This document shows, piece by piece, positions 18,767-28,155 of a stretch of 53,029 nt of DNA. The notes under the pieces were generated by a model. That model was not told the origin of the DNA and did no database searches. It was given only the letters and a program-made list of their open reading frames with translations. The position numbers were made by a program, and so were the translations under genes. The stretch lies in contig DAIUCV010000001.1 of assembly GCA_036846005.1 (NCBI GenBank), forward strand, positions 1 through 53,029. The letters run 5' to 3'. The number at the start of each line of letters is the position of its first letter. Within the stretch, counting starts at the first letter, position 1. The stretch is from Patescibacteria group bacterium. Lineage in GTDB: Bacteria > Patescibacteriota > Microgenomatia > UBA8517.

Positions 18767-18789
18767 GAAGTAATAAGGAGATTTAATAA

Positions 18790-19500
18790 ATGACAGAAGT
18801 ATCATTACAGACACTACTAGATACTGGTGCACATTTTGGTCACCAGATTAGACGCTGGAATCCCAAAATGAAACCCTTCATTTATCAAGGTGAAGACGGT
18901 GTTCATATTTTTGATTTATTGAAAACCAAGGAAGCATTGGAAGAAGCGTTGGGAATTATTAAGGAAGCTGCAAAAGAAGGTAAAAGTTTACTTATTGTCG
19001 GAACCAAAAAGCAGGTAAGGGAAAAGGTCGCCCAAATTGCCAAAGAAACCAACATTTTATATGTAAATGAACGCTGGCTGGGCGGAACCCTAACTAATTT
19101 CGATCAGGTAAAGAAATCCCTTGATAAGCTCATAAAGATGAAGAAGGATAAAGAGGAAGGAGTTTACAAAAACTTCACCAAAAAAGAAAGGTTATTAATC
19201 GACAGAGAAATTGTCAGACTGGAAAGATTTTTTGGAGGTCTGACCGGAATGAGTGTTAAACCCGATTTAATGATAATTATAGATATCAAGAAAGAAATCG
19301 GAGCCGCCAAAGAGGCTAATTTTACAGGTATTACCACCGTTGGAATAGTAGACAGCAATGCTGATCCCGATTTGGTCGATTATGCAATTCCCATGAACGA
19401 TGATGCCAAGAAAGCCTTGGACTATGTCCTGGATTTGATAAAAGACGCTATACTGGAAGGGAAATCCAAACCCCAGAAAAAAGTACCTGAGTCTAAATAA
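18790..19500 (+). CDS. rpsB: 30S ribosomal protein S2
   Basis: GAHFGHQIRRWNPKM and VVDSNADPD-type motifs; 236 aa; followed by tsf. Confidence 0.95.
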   Translation: MTEVSLQTLLDTGAHFGHQIRRWNPKMKPFIYQGEDGVHIFDLLKTKEALEEALGIIKEAAKEGKSLLIVGTKKQVREKVAQIAKETNILYVNERWLGGTLTNFDQVKKSLDKLIKMKKDKEEGVYKNFTKKERLLIDREIVRLERFFGGLTGMSVKPDLMIIIDIKKEIGAAKEANFTGITTVGIVDSNADPDLVDYAIPMNDDAKKALDYVLDLIKDAILEGKSKPQKKVPESK

Positions 19501-19506
19501 ATATCT

Positions 19507-19968
19507 ATGAAAATTTCTACAGATTTAATCAAAAAGTTAAGAGAAGAAACGGGAGCACCGGTGATTAGGGTTAAAAAAGTCCTGGAGGAATTGAAGGGAA
19601 ATGAAAAAAAGGCAATTGAGATATTGAAAAAAGAGGGTTTTGAGAAAGCCGCTAAAAGGCAAGACAGAGAAACTACCCAGGGCTTGGTTGAAACCTATAT
19701 GCATCATTCGGGTAAAGTTGCAAGTATTGTAGAAATATTGTGCGAGACGGATTTTGTATCCCGAAATGAACTTTTTAAAGATCTAGCTCACAATATTGCT
19801 TTACAAATTGCTTCAATGGATCCCAAAGACATCCAAGAATTGGAAAACCAGGAATCTATAAAAGATCCTTCAAAAAAAATATCGGATTTGGTTAAAGAAG
19901 TTATCGCCAAAACAGGAGAGAATATTCGTATAGGTAGATTTTTTCGTGTAGAATTAGGTAAGAAATAA
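19507..19968 (+). CDS. tsf: elongation factor Ts (short form, 153 aa)
   Basis: UBA-like N-terminus LIKKLREETGAPV and CETDFVSRN core; sits in the rpsB-tsf-frr context. Confidence 0.85.
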   Translation: MKISTDLIKKLREETGAPVIRVKKVLEELKGNEKKAIEILKKEGFEKAAKRQDRETTQGLVETYMHHSGKVASIVEILCETDFVSRNELFKDLAHNIALQIASMDPKDIQELENQESIKDPSKKISDLVKEVIAKTGENIRIGRFFRVELGKK

Positions 19969-19984
19969 AGTTTAAGATAACTTT

Positions 19985-20539
19985 ATGGATGAATCTTCAA
20001 TAAGAAATAAAATGCAGCAGGTAGTAAACCTGGTGTTATCGGATATATCTGCGCTTCGGACAGGAAGAGCAACCAGCGCAGTAGTTGACAGTCTTTTGGT
20101 TGATGTCTATGGAGGTCAGCAAAAATTAAAAATTCAAGAACTTGCCACAATTTCTTCTCCCGATGCCCAAACTCTGGTAATTGACCCTTGGGATAAATCC
20201 ATAATCGGTGAAATAAGACAAGGGATTCAATCGGCTAATATCGGTATAAATCCAATGGTAGACGGGGAATTGATCAGAATTAATTTTCCTCCAATGACAA
20301 CCGAGGATAGGGAAAAGTATATAAAACTTCTTTCAACAAAATTGGAAAACGGAAGAATTATGATCAGGCAAATTAGGGGAGAAGCAATGAGGGATATTAA
20401 AGATAGTTTTGAAGCTAAACAAATTTCGGAGGATGAAAAATTTGATGCCGAGAAAAAAACTCAAAGTATAACGGATGAATATATAGGTAAGATTAACGAA
20501 GCTGGGGAAACTAAAAAACAGGAACTTCTGCAAATTTAA
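19985..20539 (+). CDS. frr: ribosome recycling factor
   Basis: 184 aa with LRTGRA and ITDEYI-type C-terminal helix; conserved rpsB-tsf-frr context. Confidence 0.9.
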   Translation: MDESSIRNKMQQVVNLVLSDISALRTGRATSAVVDSLLVDVYGGQQKLKIQELATISSPDAQTLVIDPWDKSIIGEIRQGIQSANIGINPMVDGELIRINFPPMTTEDREKYIKLLSTKLENGRIMIRQIRGEAMRDIKDSFEAKQISEDEKFDAEKKTQSITDEYIGKINEAGETKKQELLQI

Positions 20540-20585
20540 GGATGCTTGCTCTTTCGATACTCCTCCTTTATACTTAACTTCAGCA

Positions 20586-21686
20586 ATGTTAGGTTCAATT
20601 TTGATATTTTTACTTGTTTTATCAATACTGGTAATTGCCCACGAAGCGGGACATTATTTTGCGGCAAAAAGAGCCGGAATTTGGGTGGAAGAATTCGGAT
20701 TTGGAATTCCACCCAGAATTTGGGGTAAAAAGGTAGGGCAGACTATTTATTCTATAAACCTTCTTCCTTTCGGAGGTTTTGTAAGACTTCACGGTGAAGC
20801 CAGGGAAGAAGATGTAACCAAACCCAAAAAGGCATTTTTATCAAAAAGCAAAAAAGTAAGAGCGGTTGTAGTAATTGCAGGAGTTGTCATGAATTTTATC
20901 TTGGCAGTTGTTGCTTTTGCGATAGTTTATTCGTTTTCGGGAATTCCTAGACTAACAAAAGATGTTAGAGTATTGGATATTTCTCCCGGTTCTCCCGCTC
21001 AGGAAGCAAAAATTATATCGGGCGACATAGTCAGAAAAGTGGATAGTGAAGATATAACTACAACAGAGGGTTTTATCAATACCGTTGAGGAAAGAAAGGG
21101 TAAAAAAATTCAGTTGACTATTCAAAGGGACGGCAGCGAATTGAAAATAAGCATTACTCCCAGAGATAACCCTCCCAGTAATGAAGGACCATTGGGAGTA
21201 ATAATAAGTTCAACCGAAATATACTTTCCACCCGTTTGGCAAAGACCTTTTTTGGGAATTTATTACGGATTTAAAGAAGCATTCTTTTGGGGAAAGACGG
21301 TAATTAACGGTTTTGTACAAATATTTTCTGAAATATTTGCAGGCAAAATTCCCACTGAAGTATCGGGTCCAATCGGAATATTTGCTTTAACCAGTGAAGC
21401 AGCAAAGGTGGGTATATTAACTCTAATTAATTTTATAGGTATTTTATCCGTAAATTTGGCTATTTTAAATATTGCGCCTTTTCCTGCGCTTGATGGCGGC
21501 AGACTTCTTTTTATAGGATTGGAAGGTATATTGGGGAGGAAAGTTCTTCCCAAAGCCGAAAATATGATTCATGCGGTAGGAATGGTAATTTTAATTTTGC
21601 TTCTTTTGGCAATCACTGCACACGATATTAAAAGATTGATTGTTACAGGGAGTATTTCCGGATTTATCCAATCTTTTTTGAAATAG
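20586..21686 (+). CDS. rseP: RIP metalloprotease RseP (M50 with PDZ)
   Basis: HEAGHY (HExxH), a central PDZ-like segment (ISPGSPAQEAKIISGD), and NIAPFPALDGGR. Confidence 0.85.
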   Translation: MLGSILIFLLVLSILVIAHEAGHYFAAKRAGIWVEEFGFGIPPRIWGKKVGQTIYSINLLPFGGFVRLHGEAREEDVTKPKKAFLSKSKKVRAVVVIAGVVMNFILAVVAFAIVYSFSGIPRLTKDVRVLDISPGSPAQEAKIISGDIVRKVDSEDITTTEGFINTVEERKGKKIQLTIQRDGSELKISITPRDNPPSNEGPLGVIISSTEIYFPPVWQRPFLGIYYGFKEAFFWGKTVINGFVQIFSEIFAGKIPTEVSGPIGIFALTSEAAKVGILTLINFIGILSVNLAILNIAPFPALDGGRLLFIGLEGILGRKVLPKAENMIHAVGMVILILLLLAITAHDIKRLIVTGSISGFIQSFLK

Positions 21687-21724
21687 ATACGACAAGCTGA
21701 TAAACTGATAAACTAAATTATTGT

Positions 21725-22963
21725 ATGTTGCAATCAGAACTTTTTCCCAAAACCAAGAAAGAAGCCCCCAAAGCTGCTGAAAGTATTAACCACAAGCTTC
21801 TTGTGCGTGCAGGTTTTATAGACCAACTTATGGCAGGCAGTTGGACTATTTTACCTTTGGGTTGGCGGGTAATAACGAAGATTAACCAGATAATTCGGGA
21901 AGAAATGAATGCCATTGGGGGATTGGAAATGCTGATGCCCCTACTTCACCCCAGAAGTGTTTGGGAAGAAACAGGCCGTTGGGATAAAGCCAAAGAGATT
22001 ATGTATCAGTTTAAGATGTCCGGTCGCGAATACGGACTCGCTTTTACCCATGAAGAAATTGTTTTGGATTTGCTGCGAAAAAATATCAAAAGCTATACGG
22101 ATCTACCGGTTTCCGTCTATCATTTTTCAACTAAATTCAGGGATGAAGCAAGACCCAGAAGCGGTATTCTTAGGGGTCGTGAGTTTATGATGAAGGATTT
22201 GTATTCGGCTCATGCAAGCGAAGAAGATCTGATGAATTATTACCAGATTGTTTTAGGTGCTTACACCAAAATATTTAAACGCTTGGGATTTAATTTTGTA
22301 ATTTCGGAAGCATCGGGTGGGGTATTTACCGATAAACATACACATGAATTTCAAGTTCTCTGTGATACCGGCGAGGATATGATATTTCATTGCGATAAGT
22401 GTGATTGGAGTTATAACAAAGAAATTTATGAAGGGAAGGCGGGAGATATCTGTCCAAATTGTAAAAAGGGTAAAGTTAAAGAGGCAAAATCCATTGAAGT
22501 GGGAAACATCTTTCCTTTGGGAACATGGCTATCCGAAAGAATGAGGGTTTATTATACGGATAAATTAGGAAAGAAAAAAATTGTATGGTTCGGTAGTTAC
22601 GGTATAGGACCCACTAGAGTTTTAGGAGCGTGGGTCGAAGTGTCGCATGATGAAAAGGGTATTATTTGGAATAGAGCGATGGCACCGTTTGACGTACATT
22701 TAATTGATTTGAAGAGTAAGGATAAAAAAGAATCCTTAGTTAAAAAGATATACGATAAACTGGAAGCAGAAGGTGTGGAGGTATTACTGGATGATAGGGA
22801 TGTATCGGCCGGTGAAAAATTTGCGGAAGCGGATTTAATCGGGATTCCGGTCAGGCTGGTTGTTTCCAAAGAAACGGGAGAAAAGATTGAATGGAAATTA
22901 AGAACCTCTGATAAGAAAGAACTTCTTTCATTTAACGAAGTACTTGCTAGATTAAAGATCTGA
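21725..22963 (+). CDS. proS: proline--tRNA ligase, bacterial-type core without the INS editing domain
   Basis: The N-terminus ...ESINHKLLVRAGFIDQLMAGSWTILPLGWRV aligns with bacterial ProRS. Class II motifs FRDEARPRSGILRGREF and GSYGIGPTR are present. Only 412 aa. Confidence 0.85.
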   Translation: MLQSELFPKTKKEAPKAAESINHKLLVRAGFIDQLMAGSWTILPLGWRVITKINQIIREEMNAIGGLEMLMPLLHPRSVWEETGRWDKAKEIMYQFKMSGREYGLAFTHEEIVLDLLRKNIKSYTDLPVSVYHFSTKFRDEARPRSGILRGREFMMKDLYSAHASEEDLMNYYQIVLGAYTKIFKRLGFNFVISEASGGVFTDKHTHEFQVLCDTGEDMIFHCDKCDWSYNKEIYEGKAGDICPNCKKGKVKEAKSIEVGNIFPLGTWLSERMRVYYTDKLGKKKIVWFGSYGIGPTRVLGAWVEVSHDEKGIIWNRAMAPFDVHLIDLKSKDKKESLVKKIYDKLEAEGVEVLLDDRDVSAGEKFAEADLIGIPVRLVVSKETGEKIEWKLRTSDKKELLSFNEVLARLKI

Positions 22964-22989
22964 ATACGCTAACGAATAAAAAAGTTGTA

Positions 22990-23946
22990 GTGATAGGTGG
23001 TGGAACTGGTACTTACCAGGTTTTATCAGGTCTTAAAAAATATTCTCTTGATATCTCAGCTATTATTTCAATGTGTGATTCGGGAGGGTCAACCGGACGG
23101 CTTAGAAAAGAATTGGGGATACTTCCTCCAGGGGATGTCAGAAGGGCTATTCTTGCACTTTCCGATCTTCCTTTTGCCCAAAAGACTCTGGAGGAACTAT
23201 TTGATTTTCGTTTTAACAAAGGCTCAACTCTTAAGGGTCACTCGGTGGGAAATTTATTGCTTGCTGCTTTAACCCAGATAACGGGTAGCATGGATAAGGC
23301 AATAGAAGAGGCGGCAAGAATATTACAGTCTAACGGTAATGTTTACCCCGTAACTTTAGATAAAACAAATTTAGTTGCTGTTCTTGATGACGGAACCAGA
23401 ATCTTTGGAGAAACAAATATAGACAGAAGGAGAATAAAACCGAATTTAAAAATTAAACGTGTCTTTTTAAATCCCAAAGCAAGAGTATTTAATAAAGCAT
23501 CTTTGGCAATAGAAAATGCTGATTTTGTAATATTTGGACCGGGTGACTTATATACCAGTATTATTCCCACGCTTCTCGTGGAAGGAGTAGTTTCTTCTTT
23601 AATTAAATCAAAAGCGAAAATAGCATATGTTGTTAATTTAATGACTAAAAAAGGAGAAACGGACGGTTTTACGGCCTCGGATTTTACTCAAGAAATAATT
23701 AATTATCTAAAAGAGGGCAGAAAAAATTTGAATTATATTTTCGTCAATAAAGAAATTAATCATTCCAAAAGTGTTATTTCCAGATGGTATAAAAAATACG
23801 GCTGCATTCCCGTTAAAAATGACTTGGCTTATTTTAGTAAAAAAAATAAAGGTATAAAAATAATCGAAAAGGATTTTTTAAGCAAAACTACGTTTTTCAG
23901 ACACGACCCCGAGAAACTGGCTAGAGCTATAACACCTCTTTTTTAA
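22990..23946 (+). CDS. yvcK: YvcK/CofD-family (UPF0052) protein, gluconeogenesis factor-like
   Basis: GTG start, then IGGGTG, CDSGGSTGRLR and GPGDLYTSI. Confidence 0.75.
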   Translation: MIGGGTGTYQVLSGLKKYSLDISAIISMCDSGGSTGRLRKELGILPPGDVRRAILALSDLPFAQKTLEELFDFRFNKGSTLKGHSVGNLLLAALTQITGSMDKAIEEAARILQSNGNVYPVTLDKTNLVAVLDDGTRIFGETNIDRRRIKPNLKIKRVFLNPKARVFNKASLAIENADFVIFGPGDLYTSIIPTLLVEGVVSSLIKSKAKIAYVVNLMTKKGETDGFTASDFTQEIINYLKEGRKNLNYIFVNKEINHSKSVISRWYKKYGCIPVKNDLAYFSKKNKGIKIIEKDFLSKTTFFRHDPEKLARAITPLF

Positions 23947-23989
23947 ACCACTTGTTTAAGCAACATCTAGCTAATATACTAATAGCCAA

Positions 23990-24310
23990 ATGAATGATTG
24001 CGTATTTTGTAAAATAGTCAAAGGAGAGATAAAAACAGATTTCGAAGAGGAAACAGATGACCTAGTAGTCTTTAAAGATAAAAATCCGAAAGCCCCAATT
24101 CATTTTTTAATTGTTACCAAAAGACACATCCAAGATATAAAATCAGACAAAGGTAATTTATGGACAGCAATAGGCAAATTATCCATTGTTATTGCAGATA
24201 AATTAAGTATTCAAGGGTTTCGTTTAGTACATAATGCTGGAGATGCGGCATCGGTCAAACATATGCACGTTCATTTTCTGGGTCAAGTTTCGGAGGATAG
24301 AGAAATATGA
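23990..24310 (+). CDS. HIT (histidine triad) family protein
   Basis: CVFCKI N-terminus and the histidine triad HMHVHFLG. Confidence 0.85.
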   Translation: MNDCVFCKIVKGEIKTDFEEETDDLVVFKDKNPKAPIHFLIVTKRHIQDIKSDKGNLWTAIGKLSIVIADKLSIQGFRLVHNAGDAASVKHMHVHFLGQVSEDREI

Positions 24311-24750
24311 TAACTGATACCATCAGCCAAAAAATCGCAGAAGCTCTTAAAGGAAAAGATGAACTAAAAGTAACAACTTATAGACTTTTGGCGTCAGCTT
24401 TAAATTATGAGTTTATAGCCAAACAGCACAAGTTAACTGAAGAAGAGGAATGGGTTGTGGTTGAGAGGGAAATCAAAAAAAGGAAAGAGGCAATTGAAGC
24501 ATACGAAAAAGCGAAAGCCCAAGACAGAGCCGATAAGGAAAAGGAAGAGATGGAAATTCTTGTAAAGTTTCTTCCCAAACAACTTTCAGATGAAGAAATA
24601 GAAAAAATAGTAAAAGTCGCTTTAGATAAAACAAAAGCTACAAGCATGTCAGATATGGGTAAGGTAATGGGGTTAGTAATGAGTCAGGTTAAAGGAAAAG
24701 CAGACGGAAATAAAGTTCTGGAAATTGTCAAAAAAAATCTTGCGCATTAA
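24307..24750 (+). CDS. yqeY: GatB/YqeY domain protein
   Basis: KEIKKRKEAIEAYEKA, LPKQLSDEEIEKIV and MGKVMGLVMSQVKGKADG match the YqeY pattern. ATGA overlap with the HIT gene. Confidence 0.8.
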   Translation: MITDTISQKIAEALKGKDELKVTTYRLLASALNYEFIAKQHKLTEEEEWVVVEREIKKRKEAIEAYEKAKAQDRADKEKEEMEILVKFLPKQLSDEEIEKIVKVALDKTKATSMSDMGKVMGLVMSQVKGKADGNKVLEIVKKNLAH

Positions 24751-24754
24751 TAAG

Positions 24755-25144
24755 ATGATAAAAGTATATGTTAATAAAGAATCTTATTATCCGGTAAAGG
24801 CTCCGAAAATAAAAAAAGTTGTCAGGGATTTTCTAAAAGCAAAACGTATAACATCGGATGCCGAAATTTCGATTGCCCTGGTCGGTAATACCAAGATGCT
24901 GGAACTTTGTAAAAAATACTTAAAGGAAAACGAGTTGCATAATGTTTTATCTTTTACCGAAAGTGAGGTGGGACAGAAATTTATCTATCCTCCCGAAAGT
25001 TCTATTCGGTTGGGTGAAGTCGTTGTTTGTTATCCAAAGGCAGTAGAGGAAGCAAAAAAAGAACAAAAATTAATTGATCAAAAAGTAATAGAACTAATAT
25101 TGCACGGAACAGAGCATCTTTTAGGTCACCATCACGAAGACTAA
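24755..25144 (+). CDS. ybeY: rRNA maturation RNase YbeY
   Basis: HGTEHLLGHHH zinc motif. The ATG at 24755 lies just after the yqeY stop; the ORF opens at 24725. Confidence 0.85.
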   Translation: MIKVYVNKESYYPVKAPKIKKVVRDFLKAKRITSDAEISIALVGNTKMLELCKKYLKENELHNVLSFTESEVGQKFIYPPESSIRLGEVVVCYPKAVEEAKKEQKLIDQKVIELILHGTEHLLGHHHED

Positions 25145-25152
25145 AAATTTGT

Positions 25153-26652
25153 ATGACATTTTATTTAAAATACAGACCAAAAACATTAGATGATTTGGAT
25201 AGTGAAAGTGTTCGGGAGTCGTTGAAAAAAATTGTTTCGTCGGGAAACATTCCCCAGGCATTTTTATTTACAGGTCCAAAAGGCATAGGTAAAACATCGG
25301 CAGCCAGAATATTGGCATCAATTGTAAACTGCGAAAATATCGGTAAAAGAATTACACCTTGTGAAAAATGTGAACAGTGTAAAGCCATTGCCAAAGGTTC
25401 AAACATCGACGTTATTGAAATGGATGCTGCAAGTCACAGGGGAATTGACGACGTCAGAATAATACGGGATGCGGTGAAGCTTTCTCCTGCTAAAGCAAGA
25501 AAAAAAGTATACATCATTGACGAAGCGCACATGTTGACGGTTGAAGCAGCCAATGCCCTTCTTAAGACTTTGGAAGAACCACCCCAGCATGTAATGTTTA
25601 TTTTGGCTACCACCAACCCCGAAAAAATAATAGATACGATAAGATCAAGAACAACAATTATTAATTTTAATAAAGCAACACCTAATGAGATAGAACGGTC
25701 TCTGAAAAAGATTGTGACAGGGGAAAAGATAAAAATGGACGATGAAGCACTAACGCTTATTACCAAGTATTCCGAAGGTTCATTTAGAGATGCAGCTAAA
25801 ATATTAGAACAGTTGGTTAGCGAGAAAATAAAAGGCAACTACGAAGATATCGAGAATTTTTTGTCTATTTCTTTACCTTCTAATATCACCAACCTTTTAA
25901 ACTCAATAATCAAAAGAGAGTTAAACAATGCTCTTTCTGAAGTGGAAAAGTTATCCAAAAAGGGTACCAGTGCCAGATCCTTAATAGAAAAACTAATCGA
26001 AAGATTTCGTATCGGTTTACTGGGGAAAATGGGGATTGGGGAAGATACACTGACCGAAATTACCCAAAAAGACTTGATGAGGTTAATAGAACTTCTGATT
26101 AAAGCCAATAAAGATTTGCCTGATGCGTATATTGAGGAACTGCCTCTCGAGATTGCAATTATTAAGTGGTGCCAGAAAGATGATAGAAAGGAATTAAAGG
26201 AAGAATCAGATAATAGTTTTACAGTAAAAGAAGAAAAGAAAGAAACTACAAAGACAGTTTCCACTAATTTGCATCAGATAGATAAAATAATGACTAATAA
26301 TGTCAAAGAAATATCCGGAGATATTTGGAATAAAATATTAGCCCAGGTAAAAATTATCAATATGTCGGTCGAAGCGCTTTTAAGAGCTGCTAAACCCATG
26401 AATTTTGACGGAAAAACCTTGACTTTGGGAGTATATTATCGTTTCCATAAAGAAAGGTTGGAGGATTTAAGAAATAGAAAAATACTTGAGGAAGTAGTCG
26501 AAAAGGTTTTAAGCATTCCGACAAAAGTAGTTTGCATCTTAACTGAGGCTCCCGTTAAAAAGGAAGAGAAGAAGGAAAAAATAGATGTTCTTTTAACGGA
26601 AAGCGAAGAGGGGGATATCGTAAAGGCGGCTAAGGATATTTTTGGAAATTAG
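25153..26652 (+). CDS. dnaX: DNA polymerase III subunit gamma/tau
   Basis: P-loop GPKGIGKTS, zinc module CEKCEQCKAI, DEAHML and SRT sensor; followed by ybaB-recR. Confidence 0.9.
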   Translation: MTFYLKYRPKTLDDLDSESVRESLKKIVSSGNIPQAFLFTGPKGIGKTSAARILASIVNCENIGKRITPCEKCEQCKAIAKGSNIDVIEMDAASHRGIDDVRIIRDAVKLSPAKARKKVYIIDEAHMLTVEAANALLKTLEEPPQHVMFILATTNPEKIIDTIRSRTTIINFNKATPNEIERSLKKIVTGEKIKMDDEALTLITKYSEGSFRDAAKILEQLVSEKIKGNYEDIENFLSISLPSNITNLLNSIIKRELNNALSEVEKLSKKGTSARSLIEKLIERFRIGLLGKMGIGEDTLTEITQKDLMRLIELLIKANKDLPDAYIEELPLEIAIIKWCQKDDRKELKEESDNSFTVKEEKKETTKTVSTNLHQIDKIMTNNVKEISGDIWNKILAQVKIINMSVEALLRAAKPMNFDGKTLTLGVYYRFHKERLEDLRNRKILEEVVEKVLSIPTKVVCILTEAPVKKEEKKEKIDVLLTESEEGDIVKAAKDIFGN

Positions 26653-26687
26653 CAAATAATTTCAACTTGATATAAAATAATTCTATT

Positions 26688-26972
26688 ATGTTTGACAAAT
26701 TTAAACAGTTGGGTGATTTAAATAAAATGCGTCAGCAGGCTAAAGCTTTGCAGAAGGAGCTGGAACTGATCAAAGAAACCGTTGAAGACGGAGATTATAA
26801 AGTAACGGTTACGGGTGATCAAAAGGTGGTCAATATAGAATACCTGGGTGAAGAACAAAAGAAATTAACGGAAACTATAAATAAAGCTTTTAAAAACGTT
26901 CAGAAAAAATCAGCTAAAAAAATGATGGAAATGGGAGGCGGATTGGGAGGTCTTTTGGGTGGACAGTCTTAA
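26688..26972 (+). CDS. ybaB: YbaB/EbfC nucleoid-associated protein
   Basis: 94 aa; conserved dnaX-ybaB-recR context; helical N-terminus and Gly-rich tail. Confidence 0.85.
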   Translation: MFDKFKQLGDLNKMRQQAKALQKELELIKETVEDGDYKVTVTGDQKVVNIEYLGEEQKKLTETINKAFKNVQKKSAKKMMEMGGGLGGLLGGQS

Positions 26973-27042
26973 GGATTTGATATCTTTCTTCAAAAATTTT
27001 CTTGTATAATATCAAAGGTTTTATTTTGGTAAAATATGAATT

Positions 27043-27651
27043 ATGAAAGTTCCCAAACCCCTCACCAAGTTAATTGAATCTTTTCAAAAATTACCGGGAA
27101 TCGGACCCAAGTCATCTCAAAGATTAGCCTATTATCTGCTGCATGTTCCTCAGGAAGAGTTGGATTCGTTTTCCGATGCCTTGAAAAATCTCAAGAAAGA
27201 TACTGTACTTTGTTCTGTCTGCAACAACGTTTCGGAAGAAGACCCGTGTCCCATCTGCAGGGATATATCAAGAGATACTTCAACTATCTTGGTGGTTGAA
27301 CAACCACTTGATGTTTTTGCTTTTGAAAAAACAGGGAGGTTTAAAGGACTTTACCATGTTCTGCATGGGAAAATTTCACCCTTGGAAAATATAGGACCGG
27401 ATGAAATATATGTCAAGGATTTACTTAAAAGAGTAGATGCGAAGCAAAATAAAATAAAAGAAGTAATAATTGCCACCAATCCAACCATGGAAGGTGATGC
27501 TACGGCAATGTATCTTTCGGGAAAAATCAAAACTAAAAATCCCAAACTTAAAGTGACAAGGTTGGGAATGGGAATTCCAACTGGTGCGGATTTGCAGTAT
27601 GCAGATGATGTAACATTAAGAGAAGCAATAGAAGGGAGAAGAGACCTCTAA
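27043..27651 (+). CDS. recR: recombination protein RecR
   Basis: HhH motif LPGIGPKSSQRLA, C4 zinc finger CSVCNN...CPIC, and Toprim VVEQPLD. Confidence 0.9.
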   Translation: MKVPKPLTKLIESFQKLPGIGPKSSQRLAYYLLHVPQEELDSFSDALKNLKKDTVLCSVCNNVSEEDPCPICRDISRDTSTILVVEQPLDVFAFEKTGRFKGLYHVLHGKISPLENIGPDEIYVKDLLKRVDAKQNKIKEVIIATNPTMEGDATAMYLSGKIKTKNPKLKVTRLGMGIPTGADLQYADDVTLREAIEGRRDL

Positions 27652-27656
27652 AATTT

Positions 27657-28109
27657 ATGGGAAATATTGCAAGCGATACAGTTAAAACCGCAAAGCAGCA
27701 AGCAAAACAAATTGCCAGGCAAATGGCGCAAGAACCGGTAGAGATTGCCAAAACCGCCGGTGAAAATATAGTTGGTGTTGAAAATTCTCAACAGCAAGAA
27801 AATAAGCCAAATGAACCTTCTGCAGAAAAACCTCCTACCCCAGAGGAAAAAATACAAATGGAGAACAAAAGAAGAAATATGATGCAAGCCTTGGAAAATG
27901 AGTTAAAAGAAATAAGAAATAAAAACGAGGTTAAAAAAGAAGAGGAAAAACAGGAAGAAATAAATACTAAAAAGTTAGAGGAACAAAAAGGAATTGAAGA
28001 GGCACCCTTAATTTCCTCGAAACCCTCAAGAAAAATCGGTGCAGGTATCAAGGGACATTTACAGAGGTTAACTAAAGGTACAGAAATCAGAATACCTCCT
28101 TCCGGATAA
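27657..28109 (+). CDS. hypothetical protein, charged low-complexity (Lys/Glu/Gln rich)
   Basis: 150-aa ORF tightly packed between recR and cysS. I recognise no family. Confidence 0.5.
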   Translation: MGNIASDTVKTAKQQAKQIARQMAQEPVEIAKTAGENIVGVENSQQQENKPNEPSAEKPPTPEEKIQMENKRRNMMQALENELKEIRNKNEVKKEEEKQEEINTKKLEEQKGIEEAPLISSKPSRKIGAGIKGHLQRLTKGTEIRIPPSG

Positions 28110-28155
28110 TACACTTACATTTTTTATTTTTTGAATTCCAATGTAAAATAGGTTC

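Noticed and set aside
25161-26264. Chain of antisense ORFs (81, 63, 134 and 141 aa) opposite dnaX.
   Set aside because: Same artefact: low-complexity Ser/Leu/Ile-rich translations with no start context. dnaX carries clear motifs on the plus strand.
26551-26570. A-rich GTTAAAAAGGAAG in dnaX as a programmed -1 frameshift site (tau/gamma).
   Set aside because: It is not a proper X XXY YYZ slippery heptamer in the reading frame, and I see no downstream stem-loop.
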